Part shown: positions 36,858-45,016 of the stretch, piece after piece
How positions within the stretch are numbered: position 1 is the first letter of the stretch
Layout of the letters: the number at the start of each line of letters is the position of its first letter
Source: Nitrososphaerota archaeon
GTDB lineage: Archaea; Iainarchaeota; Iainarchaeia; Iainarchaeales; GCA-2688035
Reading direction: 5' to 3'
Length of the DNA: 45,016 nucleotides
Assembly: GCA_017610265.1 (NCBI GenBank)
Contig: JAFCCH010000010.1
Span: 1 to 45,016, forward strand
Notes under the pieces: model-generated
Told to the model about the DNA's origin: nothing
Database searches by the model: none
Seen by the model: only the letters and a program-made list of their open reading frames with translations
Program-made: the position numbers and the translations under genes

Positions 36858-38270
36858 TTATTTAAGGTAATTAAGCAGGCTCCAGGCGCTCCTAAAGCTT
36901 GTCTTCATAAGATTCCAGTTGGTCAGTCTTTGCTTCATTGCTTTTAGGACATAGTGTGGCCTAAGATAGTATTCTCTGTAGGCTTGTCTCAACCAATACT
37001 GCATTTCCTTCATGCTAAGATTTGGATATTCAAAAATCGGAGTAATTCTTCCCTCACAGTCAAGGTAGTCTGACCATTCCTTGAAATGCAAATAGCCCCT
37101 GCTTTTGAGATAATCGTAAAATTCTGTTCCAGGGTAAGGCTGTGCAATGCTAAATTGAACAAAGTCCAGGTCAAGCTCCTTTGCAAAGTCAATTGTTTTC
37201 CTCATTGTCTTAGTTGTTTCTCCAGGCATTCCAAAAACAAATGTTCCGTGAACCTGAATGCCTGCGTTTGTGAAAAACTTTGTTGCTTTTCTTGCCTGGT
37301 CTGTTGTAGCCCTGTCGCCCTTCTTCATTGACTTAAGCAGAGAGTCGCAGCCTGACTCAAACCCAACCTTTACAAGGAAACAGCCTGCTTTCTTCATAGC
37401 TTCTGCTATTTCCTTGTCAACAGAGTCAACCCTGCTGTAGGCAATCCATGGAATGTTTATTTTTTCTTCAACAATCCTGTCACACAGTTCCAAAATATGC
37501 TTTTTGTTAACATTCAAAGTGTCGTCGTTGAACAAAACGCTTTTGAATTTGAAGTTTTTCTTCAAATACTTTAATTCGTCTATTACATTTTCAACAGACC
37601 TCATTCTATATCCTCGGCCTGACATCAGCTGTGGTCCTGCACAATAAATGCATTGGTGTGGGCAGCCTCTTCCTGCCAAAATAAATGTAAACGGGTTTTT
37701 GTAAAGCGCAGAGTAATACTGGTTGTTTGGCAGGAACTCTCGGGCAGGGAAAGGCACCTTATCAAGATCTTTTATTAGAGCCCTATCGTTTGTATGAATA
37801 ATTTCCTTGCCTTTCTTGAAGATTATTCCTTCAACATTTTTCAGTTCTTTTATTTTAGCCAAATCTTTTGCAGTGTAGTCATATTCTCCCTTTACAACAA
37901 TGTCAAATCCAAAGCCAAGTGTTTCCTCTGGAACAGCTGTTGCATGAACTCCTACTGCAACTGTTTTTGCTCCAATCTCTTTTGAAATTCTTTTTGCAAT
38001 TCTGCCGTCGCTTTCAACAGATGCTGTAGAAGTTAACATTACAACAAATTCCGGCTTGAAGTCTGCAAGCCTTTTCATTGTTTCTTCCTCGCTTATTTCA
38101 AGGGCAGGGGCATCAATTAAGTCAACTTTGTGGCCTGCTTCCTTACATATTGCGGTTGCATAACCAAGCATTATTGGAGGATGCAGTGCCTTTTGCGGCG
38201 AAACAGCCTGAAATCTAACTTCTCTGTTGTATGTACCCTTAAAAGGCGGATTCAAAAATACAATATTCAT
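36858..38270 (-). CDS. B12-binding domain radical SAM protein, HpnJ-like
   Basis: FLNPP, LIDAP, GRGCPHQCIYCAGPQ..GRGYRMRS, GIQVHGTFVFGMPGET, QFSIAQPYPGT. Confidence 0.88.
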   Translation of the reverse strand: MNIVFLNPPFKGTYNREVRFQAVSPQKALHPPIMLGYATAICKEAGHKVDLIDAPALEISEEETMKRLADFKPEFVVMLTSTASVESDGRIAKRISKEIGAKTVAVGVHATAVPEETLGFGFDIVVKGEYDYTAKDLAKIKELKNVEGIIFKKGKEIIHTNDRALIKDLDKVPFPAREFLPNNQYYSALYKNPFTFILAGRGCPHQCIYCAGPQLMSGRGYRMRSVENVIDELKYLKKNFKFKSVLFNDDTLNVNKKHILELCDRIVEEKINIPWIAYSRVDSVDKEIAEAMKKAGCFLVKVGFESGCDSLLKSMKKGDRATTDQARKATKFFTNAGIQVHGTFVFGMPGETTKTMRKTIDFAKELDLDFVQFSIAQPYPGTEFYDYLKSRGYLHFKEWSDYLDCEGRITPIFEYPNLSMKEMQYWLRQAYREYYLRPHYVLKAMKQRLTNWNLMKTSFRSAWSLLNYLK

Positions 38271-38351
38271 GTTTATCAACCAATTTCCCTAATTACTAAG
38301 AAAGTAAATCCATTTTTTAATTTAACCGATTTGGTACAATCTTAAAAGCCG

Positions 38352-39329
38352 TTACTTTCTTGCAAACTCCTTTTTCCTAAGAAGATAAAGTGCCTCTTCC
38401 TGAATCTTTCTCTGCCTGTCAAGCATATCTGCAATTAAGGCGAGAATGATTAGCAAAAAGCCAAGAATCATAAAAATTATTGAGGTGTAAGCAGCCCACA
38501 TGTAAGGGTCAACCTTGTGAATTAGCATCAGCCTAATCCAAAGTCCAAATGCTGTCACAAAACCTGTTCCAAAAACAACTGTTCCGATTGTTCCAAAGAA
38601 TTGCAATGGCTTGTAATCGCGCAATGTTCTGACAATAATGAGCAATGCCTTAATGCCGTAACTATACCAGTGCTTTACAACACGGCTTTTTCCACTTCTT
38701 TCTCCTTTAACTTTGCATGCAATTTCCTCTATTCTCATTCCCTTGTGCACAAGGTCAATCAGAACTTCTTGTGTGTAAGTGAATTTTGCAAAAAGACTTA
38801 ACCTAAGGGCGGCTTCACTGCTGTAGGCTCTGAAACCACATTGCGTATCTGTAAAATTGCTTTTTGTAAAGAAATTAATTATTTTCCTAAAAACATCGTT
38901 TCCAAACTTTTTGATTGGAGGCATTTCAGGAACAAGCTTTGGATCTTTAAAGCGAGAGCAAGTGACCATGTTTGCTCTGCCGGCAAGAATTGGTTCAATA
39001 ATTTTTGGGATATCGTTTGTGTTGAACTGGCCGTCTGCGTCAATGTTAACAATTATGTCGGCGCCCATTCTAAGAGCTTCTTCAATGCCTGTCTTGAAGG
39101 CAACTCCAAGTCCCTTGTTTCCCTTGTGGGAAACAATTTTGTCGGCCTGTCTTGCTTTTTGAACAGTCCTGTCAGTGCTGCCGTCGTTGACAACAAGAAC
39201 TTTTACTTTGGCAATGCCTGTGATCTTTCTTGGAATTTCCTTTATCACGGAAGCAATTGTTTTTTCCTCGTTTAATGCAGGAATTAAGACAACCATGTTC
39301 AATTGTTGTTTCATACTAAATTTCCTCAT
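38352..39329 (-). CDS. GT2 with two C-terminal TM helices (polyprenyl-phosphate glycosyltransferase type)
   Basis: IPALNEE, VNDGSTD, DADGQF, DTQCGFRA, RDYKPLQFF, then two TM segments; start could be any of three Met. Confidence 0.9.
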   Translation of the reverse strand: MRKFSMKQQLNMVVLIPALNEEKTIASVIKEIPRKITGIAKVKVLVVNDGSTDRTVQKARQADKIVSHKGNKGLGVAFKTGIEEALRMGADIIVNIDADGQFNTNDIPKIIEPILAGRANMVTCSRFKDPKLVPEMPPIKKFGNDVFRKIINFFTKSNFTDTQCGFRAYSSEAALRLSLFAKFTYTQEVLIDLVHKGMRIEEIACKVKGERSGKSRVVKHWYSYGIKALLIIVRTLRDYKPLQFFGTIGTVVFGTGFVTAFGLWIRLMLIHKVDPYMWAAYTSIIFMILGFLLIILALIADMLDRQRKIQEEALYLLRKKEFARK

Positions 39330-39385
39330 TTAAGTGTTTTAAACCGTTATTTTTTGATTAACGTACTAGAAAAAACGCTATTTTC

Positions 39386-39393
39386 TTTAAATA
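39386..39393 (+). promoter_or_regulatory. TATA box for a probably leaderless transcript starting at ATG 39418
   Basis: TTTAAATA about 25 nt upstream of ATG 39418, with a purine-rich stretch further upstream. Confidence 0.5.
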
Positions 39394-39417
39394 TCTTTCC
39401 AGAACTAACCCTATATA

Positions 39418-40958
39418 ATGCAGTTCAATTTTTCCCGTTTAAAGGGCTTGAAAAGAAGATTTTCATTGCAATCATAGCCTTGGCTATTTTTGCAAGAATA
39501 TTCATTTTGTTTGCAATGCCAGACGCGCCGCTTACAGATACATTGTATCATTTAACCATCAGCAGGTTTATTGTTGAAAACCATGCTTTGCCATTCAACG
39601 GCATTCCAAACATGGTTAGAAACATGCCTGTTCCCCTCTACCATGTTGTAATCGCAATTCCGTTTGCAATCCTTCCAATTGAATTAAACATTTCCACTGC
39701 AAGAGTTTTTCCATTCATTTTCTCCGCGATTCAGCTTTTGCTTTCATTTATTTTGTTAAAAAAACTTTTTCCAAAAAACTGGTTTGCTGGATTTGCATTT
39801 GTTGCAATTCAGCCCCTTCTCCTAATTTATGGTGCACTAAACTATGTTGAAACATTTGCCTCAAGTTTTGTTCTTCTTTCATTCATCGTTTACTGGAAAT
39901 TTGTTGAAACAGGTAAAAAGCATTACTTGCTTGCAATGCCGTTTGTACTTGCAGGAATGGCAATGTCAAAGGAAACTGCCACAATTCTTGTTCCTATTTT
40001 TTTCCTTGCATTTCTCTTTGAAATATGGAAACAAAAGCCAAAACAGCTTTCGCAAAAATGGATTGCATTCACTGCCTACTTTGTGTTTGCCTCAGTCTTG
40101 CTTTCTTCCGCATGGTTTGCAATAAATTTTCTTGCAATCGGCGGCTTTGGAGCAATTGCCGAAGCAGGCGTTGGTCAGGTAACGGTAGGAACATCTGCTC
40201 CTTTTTCATTGCAGTCAAGCTTTCTCTATCCTCTTGAATTCAACACAGCCTTCTGGTCTTTTCTGCCACAGGCATTTGCCTCAAGCCCTCTTGGAATTTC
40301 GCTTGAAATTGCTTTCACAATCTTTTCCATTGTAACCCTGCCAGTCCTTGCATTTATTTTTTACGGAATGATAAAAGGCTCTTTCAAACTTGAAAAGCCG
40401 TCAATTGTTCTTCTCTCATGCTTTGTTCTGGCAATGCTTTCCATTTTGCTAATTAGTCCCAAATCATCTGTAATTTACATCAGGATTCTTGTTCCACTGC
40501 TTCCATTGTTTGGAATAGCGGTTTGTACTGGATTCAAACATTTTAAGAGCCCTAAAAAGCGAACAATTCTGATTGCCTTATTTGCAATGGCTGCCCTTTA
40601 CTCAATTGCATTTATTTCGCTTTACGCAATGCATTTTAATCAGGAATACAACAATCATTTGCCATTGTACAATTTCATAAAAGAATTACCTGATGGCAGC
40701 ATAATTGCAGTTCACGAGGAAAAGAAAAGGCAGGTTTATTTCATTGGAGAAAAAGAGTTTGCTTCGCACGCCTGGTTTTACAAAATGAACAAGGAAGAAA
40801 TGCAGGAAGCGTTTGACGCAAGAGATGTTTCCCATATTGCAAAAACTTGTTCGCAAAATCCATGGGATGTAGAAATAATGGATTCTTTCCTGGAAGAGGG
40901 TTATTTACAGCAGGTTTACCAAGACAGTTGCAGTACCTTGTACAAGATTAATAGGTGA
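39418..40958 (+). CDS. GT-C membrane glycosyltransferase (PMT_2-like); needs a -1 frameshift near 39438-39444
   Basis: The long frame (TM1 IFIAIIALAIFARIF, LTDTLYH, PVPLYH, SKET) has no ATG before TM1. ATG 39418 reads MQFNFSRLK in another frame and stops at TAG 39475. Confidence 0.72.
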
Positions 40959-40963
40959 TTTTT

Positions 40964-42535
40964 ATGCAAAAAGAACTTTCAACAATTGCAAAGGGCGCAG
41001 GATTCTACTTCGCAGGCTTTGCCATAAGTAAGGTTCTTGCATATCTTTACAAGGCAATGATTGCAAGGGGCCTTGGCCCTGAAGCATTTGGAGTTTTCTC
41101 AATTGGAGTTGTAATTGCAGGGATTGTAACTGTTCTGGCAGCATTTGGATTGCACCAGGGCATAATGCACTTTGTGGCAGTTTATAACAGCACAGGCAAA
41201 AAGGCAAAGGTTCTTGGAACAATTTTGCTTGCAATAAAGACCCAGCTTGCTGTTTCAGTAATTATGGCGGCTGCTCTTTTCTTTTCAGCCGACTGGCTTG
41301 CAGTCTCATTCTTTAACGAGCCGGGAATTGCAATTGTTTTAAGGGTTCTTGCAGTGTCAATGCCTTTCTCTGTAATGACTTCTGCTTTTCTGATTACTGC
41401 CCAGGCATTCAAAAAAATTGAATACAAGATTGCAGTCAGGAACATAATTGAAAATGTTGCAAAGCTTTTGTTTACAGGAATTCTTCTTTTCTTGGGCTTT
41501 GAGGTTTTTGGCGCAACTCTTGGACTTGCATTAAGCGCGGTTGTGGCATTTATTTTTTCATTTTACTTTGTCCAAAAAAAGGTTTTCCCAATCATTGGCT
41601 CAAAGTTGAAGCCTGAATACAATGCATCTGAATTATTTAGGTATAGCTGGCCATTGCTTGCAGTCGGCTTTTTTGACATCATAATGTATTCGATTGATAC
41701 AATAATGCTCGGCTCGCTAAGCACGGTTTATGCTGCAGGATTGTACAATGTTGCATTGCCAACAGCAAATCTTTTGGTTGTCGCATCATTTGCATTTGAA
41801 TCATTGTTTTTGCCAATCACAACCGGCTTGTATGCACAAGGCAGGCTTGCAGAATTTTCTAAGATGTACAAGGTTGTAACAAGATGGATTTATGCGACCA
41901 TCTTTCCTGCCTTATTGTTTACAGTCTTGTTTGCGAGAGAAATTCTTGCAATAATGTTTGGTGATGTTTACGCTGCAGGTGCAAGCGCCTTGATAATTCT
42001 TGCATTGGGAATTTTTCTAGTTTCATTTGTTGGCCCGGTCCGTTCAATTCTTGAAAGCGTAGGCAAAACAAAGCTTATTTTTGTCAACACAGTTATTTGC
42101 GGAATAATTAACATAAGCCTGAACCTTTGGCTTATCCCTTTGTTTGGTGCAACAGGCAATGCAATAATCGGGGCGGCAATTGCAACAGCCTTTACTTACT
42201 TTCTTTGGAACTTTTTGGCTTTGGCAGAGGTCTTTATCTTTACTAAAATGCATCCCTATAGCAAGGCATATATTGTGCCAACCATTGCAGCCTGTGTTTC
42301 AATTGCAGCATTCATTTTTATCAAACAGGCAATTCCTGCAATAGAGCAGATGTTTTTCCCGCTCAGCTTTATTTCACTTGTAGTCCTTGGTTCAACATTT
42401 ATGGGACTTTACGGTCTTCTCTTTATAATCCTGAGAGGGCTTCAGCCAGAGGACATTGATGTCCTAAGAGCTGTTGAAGCAAAAACAGGAATAAGAATTG
42501 GCTTTGTGAGAGATTTTGTCAGGAGGTTTAGCTAA
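40964..42535 (+). CDS. Wzx-type oligosaccharide flippase
   Basis: IARGLGPEAFGVFS, IDTIMLG, AGLYNVA, LNLWLIP...GAAIAT; SD AGGTGA. Confidence 0.9.
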   Translation: MQKELSTIAKGAGFYFAGFAISKVLAYLYKAMIARGLGPEAFGVFSIGVVIAGIVTVLAAFGLHQGIMHFVAVYNSTGKKAKVLGTILLAIKTQLAVSVIMAAALFFSADWLAVSFFNEPGIAIVLRVLAVSMPFSVMTSAFLITAQAFKKIEYKIAVRNIIENVAKLLFTGILLFLGFEVFGATLGLALSAVVAFIFSFYFVQKKVFPIIGSKLKPEYNASELFRYSWPLLAVGFFDIIMYSIDTIMLGSLSTVYAAGLYNVALPTANLLVVASFAFESLFLPITTGLYAQGRLAEFSKMYKVVTRWIYATIFPALLFTVLFAREILAIMFGDVYAAGASALIILALGIFLVSFVGPVRSILESVGKTKLIFVNTVICGIINISLNLWLIPLFGATGNAIIGAAIATAFTYFLWNFLALAEVFIFTKMHPYSKAYIVPTIAACVSIAAFIFIKQAIPAIEQMFFPLSFISLVVLGSTFMGLYGLLFIILRGLQPEDIDVLRAVEAKTGIRIGFVRDFVRRFS

Positions 42536-44319
42536 TGGCAAACCATCTTGCACTTGTTTCAAGCGAAGCAGAATTTAACGAGGTCAAGAAACTTGTTGAA
42601 ACACGAATCGGCAAGGAAGACAAGGTTGTTTTCCTGTTTCACTCAATCTTTTTGGGCCCAGGAATTTCATCTGACTCAAAAAGGTTTCCTGCAAAGGTCA
42701 TTTCCGAGTTTTTGAAAGAAGCCGATTTCAAAGAAATTGAACTAAGAGTGGCTTTCTTTGCAAGAAACTGGTACAAGTTTGTTCCTGGCTTTGATGGAAA
42801 GGCAAGCTTTGATGGAATAAGCCTTGGCTTTGTGCAGGAAAACGAATTAAATTACTTTTTCAAGCGAACCTTCTATCTTTTGAAGGCAATTTTAAAGGCG
42901 ATTGAGGAATTTAATCCTAAGATAATTTTTGTGAACAAAAATGGCCTTTCAAGTCAGTATGTGGAAGCAGTTGAGGATGCGGAAAAGATTGCAAAAGTTG
43001 AATGGCTTGACATTCCTGCCGAAACAGTTTATGTAAGGCATCCGAATCTGACTCAAAAAAAGGCAAGAGATGTCTGGCAAAAGGTTAAGACAATTGCTTC
43101 AAATCCTTTTCCTTCAAGGCCAAACCCTGAAAAGAAAACTGTCTTTGTCAGGGAACGTGGTTATGTTCCAGAGTTAAAGGCAAAGCTTGCAAAAGAGCAA
43201 GACATTAACCTTGTTTCACTTGACGAGTTTTTGCTTAGGAAATTGCTCAACCCAGTTACTGCCCTGCGTTATTATTCTGAAAAAAACGGTTTGAAAAGTG
43301 AGTTCAAAGAACTCTTTGAGGGCTTGTGGGTTGATTCCACATTCTCAACAAGGTTTGAATTTCAGGGAATAAATTTTGCCAATGTGTTTAGAATGCAGCT
43401 TAGCCAGCTTGCCGAAAGGGACTGGCCCGAATTTGTTTTATTGATTAAGGCTTTGTCAAAGCACTTTGAAAAGAAAAAGCCAGACCTTGTTGTTTTGTGG
43501 GAGGACTGGGTTCCGTTTGAAAGAATCTGCACAATTCTTGCGAAAAGGGTAGGGGCAAAAAGCCTTGTTTTGCAGCATGGCTTCTTCAATCCAATTTTGG
43601 ACGAGGGGGACTGGGTTCAGGGATTTGTCCCTCTTACAGCTGACAAGATAACTGTTTGGGGCCAGAAGTTCAAGGACATTTTGATTAGGTTTGGCATTGA
43701 ACCTGATAGGGTTGTTATAACAGGGGTTCCGAGGCTTGATTCATTTATCCGCAAAGAGTTTGATGCAGAGGGGACAAGAGCCAAGCTTGGATTAAAGCAG
43801 GGAGAGAAAATGGTTTTTGTTGCAACAAGCGGTTACTTGACCAAGCCAGAGCTTAAGGAAATTATGGACACTGTTTCAAAAAGGGCGAACACAAGGCTTG
43901 TTGTAAAGATTCATCCGTTTGAAGATCTTGCCTATTATAACTGGATGAAGGAAAAGGCAATTGTTTTGCAGGCTACAAACCTTTACGAACTTTTGAATAT
44001 TTCTGATGCAGTAATTATCAAGTTTTCAACTGTTGGGTGGGAAGCAGTTGCTCTTGGAAAGCCCGTAATCATGTTTGAAAAAAACTGGCTGCCTGGAAAG
44101 GCATTTGGGTCAAAGGATCCTGTTCTAAAGGCAAAAAATGCGCAAGAGCTTGAAAAGGTTTTAGAACTTGTTTTGTCAAAGGGTAACGAAAAACTGCTTT
44201 TGGAAAACAACCAAAAAATAATTCACAATACCTTGTTTAAACTGGATGGAAAATCAACTGACAGAACAATAAACGTTATAAAAACTTTAATGACAACAAA
44301 TACTAGTAGAGTTGATTGA
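42535..44319 (+). CDS. GT-B surface carbohydrate biosynthesis protein (CDP-glycerol transferase / capsule synthase / sialyltransferase-like)
   Basis: LQHG, VWG, TGVPRLD, VKIHPFE, STVGWEA..LGKPV. Confidence 0.7.
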   Translation: MANHLALVSSEAEFNEVKKLVETRIGKEDKVVFLFHSIFLGPGISSDSKRFPAKVISEFLKEADFKEIELRVAFFARNWYKFVPGFDGKASFDGISLGFVQENELNYFFKRTFYLLKAILKAIEEFNPKIIFVNKNGLSSQYVEAVEDAEKIAKVEWLDIPAETVYVRHPNLTQKKARDVWQKVKTIASNPFPSRPNPEKKTVFVRERGYVPELKAKLAKEQDINLVSLDEFLLRKLLNPVTALRYYSEKNGLKSEFKELFEGLWVDSTFSTRFEFQGINFANVFRMQLSQLAERDWPEFVLLIKALSKHFEKKKPDLVVLWEDWVPFERICTILAKRVGAKSLVLQHGFFNPILDEGDWVQGFVPLTADKITVWGQKFKDILIRFGIEPDRVVITGVPRLDSFIRKEFDAEGTRAKLGLKQGEKMVFVATSGYLTKPELKEIMDTVSKRANTRLVVKIHPFEDLAYYNWMKEKAIVLQATNLYELLNISDAVIIKFSTVGWEAVALGKPVIMFEKNWLPGKAFGSKDPVLKAKNAQELEKVLELVLSKGNEKLLLENNQKIIHNTLFKLDGKSTDRTINVIKTLMTTNTSRVD

Positions 44320-44934
44320 ATGGATTTTGTAATGCTGAATACCTCTTCTCATCAAAAAGTGGTGGAATTTGTCGGCTCGGACAAAATTGTTTTGGATATA
44401 GGAGCAGGTTCAGGAGTTGTATCAAAGCAGTTTGTGAAAAATGGCTGCAAAGTAACTGTTTTGGAATTAGATCCTGAAAGGGCAAAGCAATGCAGGCCAT
44501 TTTGCCAAAAGGTTCTAATCAGAAATATTGAGGATTTGAATTTTAAGTTTGACAAAAAGTTTGACAGAATTGTTTTCGGAGATGTCCTGGAACACTTGAT
44601 GGATCCTGTAAAAGTTTTGAGGCATGTCAGCAACAATTATTTGGCAAAAGACGGCTCAATAATTATCAGCATGCCAAACATTGCCAATTGGCACATCAGG
44701 CTAAACCTTTTGTTTGGCAAGTTTAATTATACCAAGGACGGAATTCTGGACAGAACACATCTGCATTTTTATACTCTTGAGACTACCAAGGCATTGCTTG
44801 ATTCATGCGGCCTTAAGATAAAACAAATCTACTATGTGCCATCTGTTCCATTCCCTTTTTTCAAAAAACATTTGGCAAAGTTGAACAGGGGCGCGTTCTC
44901 CTTTCAGTTTGTTATGGAAGTTGTAAAAAAATAA
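44320..44934 (+). CDS. class I SAM-dependent methyltransferase
   Basis: VLDIGAGSG, FDRIVFGDVLEHLMDP, ISMPNIA, GILDRTHLHFYT. Confidence 0.9.
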   Translation: MDFVMLNTSSHQKVVEFVGSDKIVLDIGAGSGVVSKQFVKNGCKVTVLELDPERAKQCRPFCQKVLIRNIEDLNFKFDKKFDRIVFGDVLEHLMDPVKVLRHVSNNYLAKDGSIIISMPNIANWHIRLNLLFGKFNYTKDGILDRTHLHFYTLETTKALLDSCGLKIKQIYYVPSVPFPFFKKHLAKLNRGAFSFQFVMEVVKK

Positions 44935-44988
44935 TTAAAAAATTAAATTAAAAAAACAATTAAAAAAATTAAACTTAAAAAAATTAAA
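44935..44988. repeat. low-complexity TTAAAAAA(A)TTAAA repeats
   Basis: ttaaaaaattaaa-ttaaaaaaacaa-ttaaaaaaattaaac-ttaaaaaaattaaa. Confidence 0.7.
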
Positions 44989-45016
44989 CAGTGAATTGAA
45001 TTGGAACTAAAAGATC

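Noticed and set aside
27147-38270. Hopanoid biosynthesis cluster
   Set aside because: No squalene synthase, squalene-hopene cyclase or HpnN; only tailoring-type homologues are present
39303-39417. TTG 39303 as start of the GT-C gene
   Set aside because: Overlaps the divergent GT2 start and runs through the TATA-containing intergenic region
5945-44636. Many antisense or alternate-frame ORFs (e.g. 5945..6517, 9498..10037, 12915..13499, 21156..21722, 32994..33431)
   Set aside because: They lie almost entirely within well-supported genes and have no motifs of their own; shadow ORFs
44935-45016. Mobile element end or replication origin
   Set aside because: Low-complexity A/T runs only; no transposase, terminal inverted repeat partner or cdc6 visible

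Overview
Archaeal chromosomal window, probably from a DPANN-type archaeon such as Diapherotrites/Iainarchaeota. The taxonomy is inferred from an A1-U72 tRNA-Gln without encoded CCA, GGTGA/GGAGG SD sites, TTTAAA TATA boxes, a geranylgeranyl reductase and frequent TTG starts. 1-2.8 kb: AT-rich segment (Cys/Asp-repeat beta-helix protein, carbamoyltransferase) beside the 3' end of an unusual tRNA-Gln(CUG), which has C33 and a duplicated, self-complementary leader. 3-12.8 kb: uppS, DUF192, small proteins, GGR, a 1019-aa Ig/PKD/FN3 surface protein, mtnP-apt and a basic degenerate Nudix protein. 12.8-45 kb: a roughly 32-kb surface glycan/glycolipid locus with 2 nucleotidyltransferases, Ugd, a UXS-type decarboxylase, a WecC/WbpA-type dehydrogenase, an ArnB-like aminotransferase, a formyltransferase, a YdjC deacylase, 4 GT2, 1 GT4, 3 GT-C, 2 flippases, 3 methyltransferases, 4 B12-binding radical SAM enzymes and 1 SPASM-type radical SAM enzyme. 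The best candidate novel system is a functional counterpart of the Arn/Lgm/Flm amino-sugar decoration pathway in an organism without lipid A, interleaved with HpnJ/calditol-synthase-like radical SAM enzymes. Two of its genes are interrupted: one by a 28-bp tandem duplication, the other by a -1 frameshift at an in-frame T TTA AAG heptamer. All functional calls come from motif recognition by eye; no database searches were run.
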